A DNA stretch of 64,000 nt from NCBI RefSeq assembly GCF_006345805.1, contig NC_042999.1, forward strand, positions 120,032,001 through 120,096,000, written 5' to 3'. The DNA is from Octopus sinensis (Eukaryota). Of this stretch, positions 26,065-37,365 are shown piece after piece. The position numbers were made by a program, and so were the translations under genes. Position 1 is the first letter of the stretch; each line of letters begins with the position of its first letter. A model generated the notes under the pieces. That model did no database searches and had not been told where the DNA came from. It worked only from the letters and a program-made list of their open reading frames with translations.

Positions 26065-27118
26065 CAGAAAATCACAAATCTATCGGACTTTCAAAGACAA
26101 ATTGTTGGTGCTCGTATGGCAGGCACTAGCGCAACAAAAGCAGCCGAAATGATTGCTGTATCAAGATGTACTGTCCCGAAAGTAATGACAGCCTTTGAGA
26201 AAGAGAGAAAAACCTCCTCGTCGAAAAAAACACACCGGAAGAAAACCAAAACTTTCAAATAGGGACCGTCTGACTCTTACGAGAATTGTTAGAAAGGATC
26301 ACAAGATTACGACAGAGCTTAATGACCACTTCGAGAACCCAGTTTCTACAAAAACTGCTCCTGGGAACTGCACAAAGCCGGATGTCATGGAAGGTCTGCA
26401 ATTAGAAAAACCACTGCTTTCAAAAACAAACGTTGCAAAGCGTTAAGAGTGGAGTAAAAACCTACAGAATTGGTCCTAGAGTAGTGGAAGAATGTTATTT
26501 TCTCGGACGAGAAATCCTTTACCTTATTTTCGACCACCGGCTGAGTATACGTGTATAGACAGCCAAAAGAAGCATTTGACCCAGACTGCCTTCTTCGAAC
26601 TCTTAAACATGGAGGAGGATCTGTGACGGTCTGCGGGGGCCTATATCTTGGACATCCGACGTTCCAATGGCTTGCTTGCATGTCAGAATTAATAGTCAAG
26701 TCTATTTAAGCATTTTATCTGATCAAATTCATCCTGTTGTTGCGGAACCGTTTCCCGAGGGAAACACAATCTTTCAGGATACTAATGTACCAATTCACAC
26801 AGCTAAAGAAACATTCTAGTAATGTTGAATATCTTACCTGGCCACCACAGACCTCAGATCTTAATATTACTGAACATTAATGGTTCATTTTAGAAAAACA
26901 AGCAAGAAGTCGATATCCTCCACGAACATCCCTACAAGAACTGGAGAATGTTTTAGCTGAAGAATGGACAAAAATTCCATTGGAAATAATTCAAACTTTG
27001 TACGAGTCCATACTTCGTAGAATTCAAGCTGTAATTACTGCCAAAGGCAATCCCACCCCATATTAAAAGAAATTTGTTTGAAATTTTAAGGTGTTTCCAT
27101 TATTTTGCCCAACCTCTC
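26065..27118 (+). mobile_element. Decayed Tc1-family (DD34E) transposon; left TIR not found
   Basis: Frames give LSDFQRQIVGARMAG, GRKPKLSNRD, KPLLSKTNVAKR, WKNVIFSDE, LKHGGGSVTV, IFQDTNVPIH, WPPQTSDLNITEH and RRIQAVITAKGNPTPY* (stop 27064-27066). A right-TIR-like AGGTGTTTCCATTATTTTGCCCAACC follows. Confidence 0.9.
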
Positions 27119-27129
27119 TCTATATATAA

Positions 27130-27425
27130 GTAAATGTATGGGTAAGCGAATTAGACAGATCAATATATAATGTATATTAAATACATGAAATACAAAAAAT
27201 GTATATATGTATGCATATAAAACTTCCGATTTACACAGAATACAAATGATATAGAGAATTAAAGGGTGGAGGAATGTCGGACCTTTTTTATATGTATACG
27301 TATATAGTATTAAGTGTACTTAATATATTGATATGTCTAATTTGCTTATCTGTACATTTACTCATATATCTGCTCAAGTTTAAATCTCTTGAGCACTACA
27401 ACGTGTATTCTATAGGGCTAATATC
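27130..27425. repeat. Interspersed repeat with partial inverted duplication; related copy at 62880-63060
   Basis: GCGAATTAGACAGATCAATATAT (about 27147) is mirrored by ATATATTGATATGTCTAATTTGC (about 27323). Both parts align with 62880-63060. Confidence 0.6.
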
Positions 27426-27461
27426 TGAATTCCATCTATGAACTATACCCACACTCACACA

Positions 27462-27533
<72 letters not shown>

Positions 27534-28206
27534 CGCTCCATGTAAATATATGTCTGATGCCTACCTACCTTTATCTACCTTATTATTTTCCATAATAGCT
27601 CTATGTGTATTGTTCTTATCGCCGACTGGTGTTGCAGAGACGGCAGCCCTGGGTGAAGATGCTGGAGTTTACGTTACTATCCATTTCAGCAGAACTCTGT
27701 CTTATCCATACGAAGCTTATCTTGCTTTCACCTACTCGTTGAAATATTGTGTGTGTGTGCGTGTGTGGGGGAAATGTGGTGGGTGCGCACGCGCGTAGAA
27801 ACAAACGAATCTATGTATAGCATTTACAATACTGTCGATTAGTGGAGTTCCATTCGTCACTAGCATATCGTGGGGTGTGATCTCACAATCAGACATTTTG
27901 CGCAGCGTTTTTTCTTTCTTTTTTCGTGGATCCATGTCGACCCATGCACTACAAGAGATGTGTGGTTGACGAAATCTGTATAGCACCCGGCTGACTGGAT
28001 AACGACTTTTATTCACAAGATATAAAACCTTATAACACAGTGTGACACGCTGTTTCTGCCTGAAAATTAAGTTACGGTTCCACGAGTCAGTGGCATTGTT
28101 AATCACCCATTCATTCAGGAGCAGGTAATTCCGTTGATCTAACAAATAAATCCTCTTCATTTAACGGCGGATATCCATGATCATCACGCTACTCATCTAC
28201 ATATAT

Positions 28207-28285
<79 letters not shown>

Positions 28286-28365
28286 CATATGTGTGTGTGC
28301 GCACGCGCGTGTAGATGTGTGTTTTTGCTTGTTCGTGTATAACAGGTTACTGTCAGAAGAAAAGT

Positions 28366-28530
28366 AGAAAGTTGTTTATTAACAACGTATAACTGTCAGT
28401 AAAAATAAAATAAATGAAAATAGAAATCTGTGGTTTGTATCTACCGACAGTGTTCTATTTTAATTAAATAATTTTTATTGACAGTTATATTTTATTAATA
28501 ATCACAGTTTCATTTTTTCTGACAGTTACT
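28366..28530. repeat. Imperfect AT-rich fold-back (MITE-like)
   Basis: GTTACTGTCAGAAGAAAA versus TTTTTTCTGACAGTTAC, and an inner pair TAACTGTCAGTAAAAAT versus ATTTTTATTGACAGTTA. Confidence 0.5.
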
Positions 28531-28699
28531 TATTAATTTCTTAATATATTATTCTGTAGACAACGATAACTTTTCATACCTACGCACAAATACATACATA
28601 CATACATACATATATACATACATACATATACATACTTACACATATATATACATAATACACACACATATATATATATACATACATGCATATACCTGTACG

Positions 28700-28772
<73 letters not shown>

Positions 28773-28793
28773 ATATATATATATATAATATAT

Positions 28794-29719
28794 AAATATT
28801 ACATTTTATAAAGGGCTTAGTAAAATAAATTACTTTGCCACATACTGAACTCATTAGAAATAGCAGCCCAAAAAATTTTTTTAGCCATTTCTAATACTTA
28901 AAGAAAATTTCTCTCAGATAGTGTTTGAGTAAACACTATCTGAGAGAAATTTTCTTTAAGTATTAGAAATGGCTAAAAAAATTTTTTTGGCTGCTATTTC
29001 TAATGAGTTCAGTATGTGGCAAAGTAATTTATTTTACTAAGCCCTTTATAAAATGTAATATTTTGAATTCGCCTTAAATGGTCCCTTTACATACTGAATA
29101 CTTGGTGAAATTGATTAATAATTAATTAATTTTACCCTCAATTGTTGAAATTATAATTCATTTCTCTCTGTTTAATGCTTCGGTTTTCACCGATAAAATT
29201 ATGGTGTTTGCTAGGTTAGCCCACGTGGGTGGAAAGGGGAGAGCAGAAATTCTTCGCTTGCATATTTTGAATTTGTTGACACTGTTAGTTTGAACGGATC
29301 TTCGGAGGTGAAAAGTCGCCAAAAGGGTATGCTCCTACTTTCAGTGTTTACAAATCCGAATTAAGGAATTTTGAGCTGACGAAAGAAATGTCGAATTGTA
29401 TTTGGCTGATCTAGAAACGTACGTTCTCAAATAATCTTTGCACTTGTGATTTTTTAATGTTTTTACCCCCATACCTTCGTGGGCTATTTTGAGTAAACAC
29501 TATCTGAGAGAAATTTTCTTTAAGTATTAGAAATGGCTAAAAAAATTTTTTTGGCTGCTATTTCTAATGAGTTCAGTATGTGGCAAAGTAATATATTTTA
29601 CTAAGCCCTTTATAAAATGTAATATTTTGAATTCGCCTTAAATGGTCCCTTTACATACTGAATACTTGGTGAAATTGATTAATAATTAATTAATTTTACC
29701 CTCAATTGTTGAAATTATA
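28794..29719. repeat. 133-bp near-perfect hairpin plus 232-bp direct repeat (period 564), bounded by microsatellites
   Basis: Arms 28794-28926 and 28931-29063 match at 132/133 around a GAGT loop. 28924-29155 is repeated at 29488-29719 with one difference noted. Confidence 0.95.
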
Positions 29720-29821
29720 TATATATATATATATATGCATACATACACTCAGCAAAACGGACACACAGATAGATAAATATATGAACACACACACACACAC
29801 ACATACACATATACATGTCAT

Positions 29822-30232
29822 GTTTAACTTGTTTCACTCATTGGACTCCGGCCATACTGAGACATCTTCAAGAATTTTAGTCGAATGTATGCGCGGTACT
29901 TGTTTAAGTAGATCTTATGCCGAGCCGCTATATTATGGTAACATAAACAATTCAACCTCGGTTGTGAAGCGGTGGAGGGGGTAAAACACAGATATAATGA
30001 TATACACACAAATACATACATACAAACACACATACTCACACTCATACACACATACACATGCGCACATATACATGTACTCGCGACGGGATTCTTTCAGTTT
30101 CCGTCAACCAAGTCCACTCACATGGATTTAGTTGATCCGAGACTATAGGAAACATATAGAGCCCATGGTGCCAATAAGTGGAGCTGTATCTAAAACTATG
30201 TGGTTTCGGAAACAACTTCTTACCACACAGAT
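29822..30232 (-). mobile_element. tRNA-derived SINE, family 2 (diverged reverse copy)
   Basis: CGACGGGATTCTTTCAGTTTCCGTCAACCAAGTCCACTCAC is the reverse complement of the family-2 body at about 6760-6800, with the same internal microsatellite layout. Confidence 0.75.
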
Positions 30233-30604
30233 CTGCTTGCACCTAATATAAATACATGTGTGTGTGTGTTTGTGTGTGTGTGTGCATAAAATAAGTATAT
30301 AAGTTAGTAACAAAGAGGTATATGTGTACCGCTTTGTTATTCATTTATATTTTATTCACCTATCCTGGAATTTTCGCTTCATAAATATTATAGACTTTTT
30401 AAATATAAAGTACATGTCTGAATAGCTAAGAGCCGAATACTTCACTCAGCTGGATCTTGTTATTTGCATACGCTGCATGTGACTCTCATGTGACCGGCAC
30501 TTATGCACCAAGTCTGATTTTCACTTAATATTGTTCAGCATGGAAGTTACTCAGACCTAAGAAGGTGTCTCAATTTAAGTACCTGATTCAACATGAATCA
30601 TAGT

Positions 30605-30656
<52 letters not shown>

Positions 30657-32076
30657 ACTTAATATAGTTTTTGAAGTGTAGAGGGGATATTTAAAATAAT
30701 TTTTTTTCTTAAATGTTAGGAAATATTTCTAGCCTTTTTGGAAAGAAGTTTTTTCTAGTGTGTGATCGATTTCGTTTAACTTTTTCAAACACGTGGTAAG
30801 GCACGTTTGTGACACCCCATGGTCGTAACCTCAACCGTGTTTTTTCTGTTGTGATTTTTGCTACCCAGGTATCGGTTAAATTTTGAATAATCCGTAACAA
30901 GATAATTCATTTATCCATTTCAATAAAATCTCTCTATATATAAACGGCAGTTTGTCTGTGCGTGCTTCTGTGTGTCTGTTTTCTCGTACCCTCACCCTGA
31001 CCACGGCTTTCAACCGATTCTGATGAAACTTGACACACACATAGCCCAATGTCATAATTCAAAACTAACGAAGCGAACATTTTGAAAAGTCCCCCAGTTC
31101 TGAAAAAATTGATAAATTCGACATGGGGTCGAGAATCATAAACATGAACCACAGACTGTCTAGGGGACGCAACTCGAGAATCTAAGCTTTTTTTATGCAA
31201 CGCATTATCTATGGTAGTTTTCATAACTTGCAATCGATTTTCACCAAACTCATGGTGAAGCTTAATGTTACCCTAAGAAACTCAATTCTGACGTTAGTTT
31301 TCCATGCAATACCTTACCATCAGAAACAATCGATAAAATCATGCCATTTTGGGAAATCGCGTTCAAATTCAAGATGACGTATTTTCGACAATATCTTTCA
31401 CAAATTGGCAGGAATCATTTTTTTTTTTCACAACGAGCATCATGTCTGCTCCAAGGAGCTATATAGCCCTTTTTATTCCAATAGGATACATTATTGGAAA
31501 AAATCGGTTAATTTAATCATATGTGGCACACATAGCAAACAAATTTGTGTATTAAACACAAACCAGACTGTCTAGGGGACGCAACTTGACCTTTTTAGCT
31601 ATCGATAATTCGATCCAACCAATTCCTACCAGGAAGAAATTACATTCGAGACTTACCCCCAACACCGCCACTTCTGCTAATAGCTGCTGCAGCCGCAAGT
31701 TATTCGAATACTTTTTGGTTTAAACTTTCTTTATAACTACCACCCCAAACGTTTTACCTTCAATTTTTGACGTACCCTAACGGTCCTCGGACGCTACTTG
31801 CAAACTCTTGGTTTATTATAAACCACTTTTGTCGTGTGCATCAAAAAACTTTTCCTTTCGTTTGTTCAGTTTGATCACTTTTGACTTTTTCGTTGTTGTC
31901 ACTCACATTGCTGCCAGCTTTTTGGCCGTTTTTGTACATTTTTATACATTTTCGGATACTTACCCCACGAGCTCCTTTTTATACATACACTTTACCAAAC
32001 ACATTGCTATCCACCAAAATACTTACCCCACGTTTCCTTTTATTACACCTTTGCCAAACACATTGCTATCCCCAAA

Positions 32077-35000
32077 ATGCCACCCAAGAAGAGAAGGACC
32101 CTCCTCAGCCCTCGGACGGCCAAGGCATCGGCTGCTAGGGCTAGAAGGGCACGCGAGACCCACGAGGAAACCGCCTTGCGCCTCTCGCAAACAGCTTCCC
32201 GTTATGCCGCTGCTCAGGCATCTGAAATTACTAGCGACCGTTCTACCCGACTTGCAAGGGTCGCAGCGTACAGATCTTCCCTCCGCTTGAGGTTGACGAA
32301 AGAGCAACAGTCCAGCCAAAACATGCGGGCTTCTTACTGTGCTTCCATCCGCAGAGCTCGCGAGAACCCCGAACAAAGGGCCATTCGGAATGCGGCTAAC
32401 GCCACTAGCACTGCCAGGACACGATCTGTCGAAACCTCACAGCAGAGGAGAACTCGCCAAGATGCTGACGCCGCAAACAAAGCCATGGCCAAAGCTGCCG
32501 AAACACCTCAACAGAGGAGAGCTCGCCAAGCTGCTAACGCGCCGCAAACACAGCCAGGGCTCGATCTGCCGAAACTCCACACCAACGGACTATTCGGACA
32601 TCCAGACATGCCATTAACACTGCTTCTGCTAGGGCTTCAGAGGGTGCTGAGGCGAGAGCTGAAAGGCTTTCAAGGGATGCCACTGCTACCGCTGTCGCAC
32701 GTGCATCTGAATCTGCTGAGGCACGGTGCACTCGACTTGAGAGTATCAACAAACGTCGGGATATCATTCGTGGTGTACGTACCCCTGCCCCCGCTTTCTG
32801 GTTGTCACTAGCATTCAACTACGACGCCACAATTAACTTCTCCTTGCGTGACGACATCAAGATAGGGTCAATGACAATGTATGCCAGTTTTGCAAAGCCA
32901 AGAAATGGCCCGGAGAGCCACCTGGTTTGTGCTGCTCTGGTGGCAAAGTGGACCTGCCACCCCTACGGGAACCACCTCAACCACTGAAGGATCTCGCGGC
33001 GGGTTTAACCCCCGATTCGTCACAATTCCTTGAAATAATTCGAAAGTACAACTGCTCATTCCAAATGACCTCTTTCGGGGCCAAAATTCCTCCCAGAGAA
33101 GGCTGGATGCCTACTTTCAAAGTGCAGGGTCAGGTCTACCATCTTATTGGGTCACTTCTGCCAGACGAGATTCAGCAGTCTTCTTTCCTCCAAATATACT
33201 TCATTGCCGACTACAACCACCAGGTTGATGCACGCCTTGGAATAATACCGGGTACAAGCTATGTTCCCCGCAAAGACATTCTTCTCCGTCTCCAAACATG
33301 CTTCATGATATCAACAGCTACGTCTGCAGCTTCAGATATGCCTTGGACAGTGCTCCTTCTCCAAACTTCACCGTTGTCATTGATGCTGATAAACGACCCC
33401 ACGGGGAGCACGAACGCCGTTTCAACGCACCTGCGTGCAACGAAATTACCGTAGTTATACACGGAGAGCAACACAACAGCCGTGACATAATCATCTCCTC
33501 CCGTGGTAACAACCTACACAGGATCAGCGAGACTCACAGATCTTATGACGCGCTTCAGTATCCATTGCTTTTCCCTTATGGGGAAGATGGCTACCACTTC
33601 GGAATTCCTTTACGGCAGCCCTCCAATCAAACTACTGCGGCATCAAAGACGGTTTCCTGCAGGGCGTTCTACTCATACCGGTTCATGGTCAGGGAGGGTG
33701 AGTTCAACTTATTGCCCCGTTGTCGTCAGCTATTCAACCAGTTCGCCGTCGACATGGCCGCAAAAATGGAATCGGAAAGGCTGCTATACATTAAACTTAA
33801 TCAGACCAAACTTCGCTCCGACTCCTACATTCATCTCCGTGACGGTTTGCAACAAGAAAATGACCCTCGCAACATCGGCAAGCCATGCATTCTACCCTCC
33901 ACCTTCACGGGAGGACCGCGATATATGCGTGAAAGGACCCAAGACGCCTTGACCTACGTGCGCATTTACGGCCGGCCGGACCTCTTTATCACCTACACGT
34001 GCAATCCCAGCTGCGACGAAATCACTCGCGAAATCCTCCCGGGTCAATCTCACACCCATCGACACGACATCGTTGCTAGGGTTTTCCGTCTGAATTTGGG
34101 CAAAATGAAGGATTTGATAGTTAAGGGTCAGATTTTCGGGCATGTCAGGTGCCACATTTTTCGGTCGAGTGGCAAAAGAGGGGCTTGCCACATGCTCACA
34201 TCTTAATTTTGGCTCACTCATAAAATCGAGACTAATGACATTGACAAATTCATTTCCGCCGAGATTCCTGACCCCGATGAGGACCCCGGACTCTACGAAA
34301 TTGTCCGCACTACCATGGTACACGGGCCCTGTGGACCAAATTACGCCAACACACCATGCTACAAAAACGGATTAGCCTGCTCAAAGGGATTCCCTAAACG
34401 GTTCACTTTGGAGACTCAAACAGGCGGCGATGGGTATCCGCTGTACAAACGAAGGAGTCCAGCCAATGGAGGCCGCACGATTACGGTTGGGCGACATCAA
34501 GTGGACAACAGCTACATTGTCCCCTACTGTCCTCTCCTGTCGAAGATATTCAAAGCCCACGTCAACGTTGAGTTCTGCAGCTCCATCAGGTCAATACAAT
34601 ATGTCTGCAAATATATCAACAAAGGCAGCGATGCTGCCATGTTCAGCATCCAGAGGACCACCAGTCGCGACGAAGTGTCCAACTACTTGGCTGGCCGGTA
34701 CCTCAGCAGCAACGAAGCGTTTTGGCGCATTTACGGCTTCCTGCTCCATCAGAGACACCCGGCTGTGGTGCAGCTTGCTGTACACTTGAAAAATGGACAG
34801 CGGATTTACTTCACAGAGCAAAGTGCTGTGCAGATAGCCACCAGCCCTAAAGACACAACGTTGACTGGTTTCTTCAAATTATGCCAACGTGATGACTTCG
34901 CTCGAACGCTTTGTACCCACAGGTCCCATCGTACTTCGTGTGGTCTAAAAACACCTGGGTTCGACGGAAATCCGGCAAAAACGTCGAAAGCTTCCCAGGC

Positions 35001-36944
35001 GTCAAGTTTGACTCCTGCCTGGGTCGAGTTTACAACATCCCGCCAAACCAGCAAGAATGCTTCTACCTCCGTCTCCTTCTACATGAGGTCACTGGTCCAA
35101 CAGGTTTCGCCAATATACGTACCGTCAATGGGGTTCTGTGCGACACCTTCAGGGAAGCATGTATGAGACTTGGCCTTCTAGAGGATGACTCCCAGTGGGA
35201 CGCCACGATGGCAGAGGGTGCTTTACTGCAAACGCATTCGGCCCTGCGACATCTTTTCGCAATCCTTCTTCAAAAATGTCAGCTTAGTCATCCACTAAGT
35301 CTCTGGATGAAATACAGGGATGACATGTCGCACGACTTCTTACGTACGGCTCAGCAACACTGCCCTTCCGCCGAGATCACGTTCACCAACTTCATTTACA
35401 ATTTTGCGCTCATTCAACTCGAAGACGCTGTCATCGATAGGGTGGGTCTGCTTTAACAGAGTACGGCCTTCCACCACCCACACGTGAACACGCCAATGTT
35501 ATGTCTGCTGAATTGTTACGCGAAACTTCCTACTGCATTGAGGAACTGCACCAGTACGTCCAAGATAATGAACCACGGCTGCTTCCAGACCAGCGCATAG
35601 CCTACAACACCATCGTAGACTCTGTCAGACAGCAACGTGGGGGGATTTTCTTCCTTGATGCACCCGGCGGCACAGGCAAAACCTTCGTCACTAAACTAAT
35701 TCTGGCAGAGGTCAGACGCAACACGGACATTGCCCTGGCTGTAGTTTCCTCTGGTATCGCGGCCACGTTGCTTCCGGGTGGCAGAACCGCCCACTCTGCC
35801 TTCAGACTCCCGCTCGATCTGGCAAAGTCCGAGTCACCTATCTGCAAATCGCCAAGAACTCAGAACAGGCCGACATTCTTCGCAGATGCAAACTCATCGT
35901 ATGGGACGAGTGCACTATGGCACACAAAGCGCCCTTGAGGCACTGGACAGGTCACTGCAAGACATCAGAGACTCTACGGCCCCCATGGGAGGATTAACTT
36001 TACTTCTTTCAGGAGACTTCAGGCAGACTCTACCTGTTATTCCAAAAGGAACCCGTGCCGATGCCGTGCGCGCGTGCCTTAAGTCGTCAGCTCTTTGGGC
36101 ACATGTGCGGCCCTTGCACCTCCAAACTAACATGGCGCGCGCAGTTAATTGGTGACAGCGGATCCGCTGCATTCTCCAGGGACCTCTTATCGCTCGGTGA
36201 AAATAGGATGCTGTCTGATGCGGATGGCTACGTTCAATTGGACTCACTTTGCACCATTGTCGACACCCCTGCTAGCCTCCGGGACGCTGTCTTCCACGAC
36301 CTACAAAACATTTTACGCGACCTAAAATGGCTTGCAGGCAGAGCTATTCTCGCACCCAAAAATACAACCGTCAACTCCATCAATATCCAGCTACTTGAAG
36401 CTATTCCTGGTGATGTCCACGTCTACAAATCTATAGATAGGACAGCAGACCCCGCCCAGCTTGCCGATTATCCTGTTGAATTCCTGAATTCACTTGAACC
36501 GCCAGGCCTGCCACCACACATCCTGAAGTTAAAAGCCGGTGCGCCCATTATGCGCATCAGGAATTTGGTTCCACCTAAACAGTGCAACGGCACACGTTTG
36601 GTTGTGAAACATTTGGCACCACATTTAATAACGGCCACAATACTTACCGGTTGTGGGAAGGGAGAGGACGTCTTCATTCCACGGATGCACCTTCAACCGT
36701 CGGGCGCTGACCTACCAATCCACTTCAGGCGTTCTCAGTTTCCTGTTAAACTCTGCTTCGCAATGTCCATCAATAAATCCCAAGGCCAAACGCTACAAGT
36801 CGCTGGATTACATTTGGGCGAACAGTGCTTCGCCCACGGTCAACTCTACTGGGCTGTTCACGCGTTGGGAGGCGCAATGATGTTTTCATGTTTTCGCCCA
36901 AACGGACAGCTAGGAACATCGTATATACAGAAGTATTCCAGTGA
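32077..36944 (+). pseudogene. Helitron RepHel (HUH Rep plus PIF1-like SF1 helicase), frameshifted
   Basis: CQFCKA...CCSGGKV Zn motif; Rep motifs PDLFITYTCNP, EWQKRGLPHAH (HUH, 34191-34199) and YVCKYINKG; helicase motifs DAPGGTGKT, IVWDE, SGDFRQTLPV, CNGTR, FAMSINKSQGQT and HGQLY(V)GCSRV. About 11 frame changes were traced between ORFs. Confidence 0.93.
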
Positions 36945-37038
36945 AGACAAGACATTGCAACGTCCACATGCACCTTCGTTCCCTGGAGGGAAAGGACTAC
37001 ATTGGGATTAGTCGTTGCCTACTAGGGGCTCTTACATA

Positions 37039-37066
37039 CCCGGGCAACGCCGGGCTATGCTGCTAG
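37039..37066 (+). terminator. Helitron 3' subterminal hairpin and CTAG end
   Basis: CCCGGGCAACGCCGGG followed 8 nt later by CTAG, the canonical Helitron termination signal. Confidence 0.9.
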
Positions 37067-37081
37067 TATATATATATATAT

Positions 37082-37284
37082 GCCATGTTGGTTCGTTAGT
37101 TACTGCACACATTTTTTTCTCTCCTTCTTTCTGTGATTATTTCTCTCTGTGTATCTTTCTGTTGAAGAGCGTAGGCTCGAAACGTTAAAGACTTGTTTTA
37201 TTTATATTCCTGAGCGCCATACTAATACAATTGTTTGTTTTCCACCTGCCTTCGTCTTTTGTCTATTTTCATAAAGCTTCCCGT

Positions 37285-37290
<6 letters not shown>
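37082..37290 (+). mobile_element. Penelope-like terminal-repeat-type short element with a degenerate hammerhead motif
   Basis: Contains TCTTT-CTGTTGA-A-GAGC-GTAG-GCTC-GAAAC-GTT-AAAGA. A homologous reverse copy lies at 52936-53085. The Penelope assignment is inferred from the motif style. Confidence 0.55.

Positions 37291-37363
<73 letters not shown>

Positions 37364-37365
<2 letters not shown>

Larger units (their letters stand above)
30929..37066 (+). mobile_element. Full-length autonomous-type Helitron (about 6.14 kb)
   Basis: A|TCTCTCTATATATAAA at the 5' end, hairpin CCCGG-GCAACG-CCGGG (37039-37054) then CTAG|T at the 3' end, no TSD, and an internal RepHel coding region. Confidence 0.95.

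Noticed and set aside
29376-29392. CTGACGA-AA-GAAA hammerhead-like core; also CTGATGA...GAAA on the minus strand near 43385-43410
   Set aside because: No helix II or no compatible helix I/III pairing, so likely chance.
32023-36973. Numerous antisense and alternate-frame ORFs inside the Helitron
   Set aside because: They are expected shadows of a GC-rich coding region, explained by RepHel.
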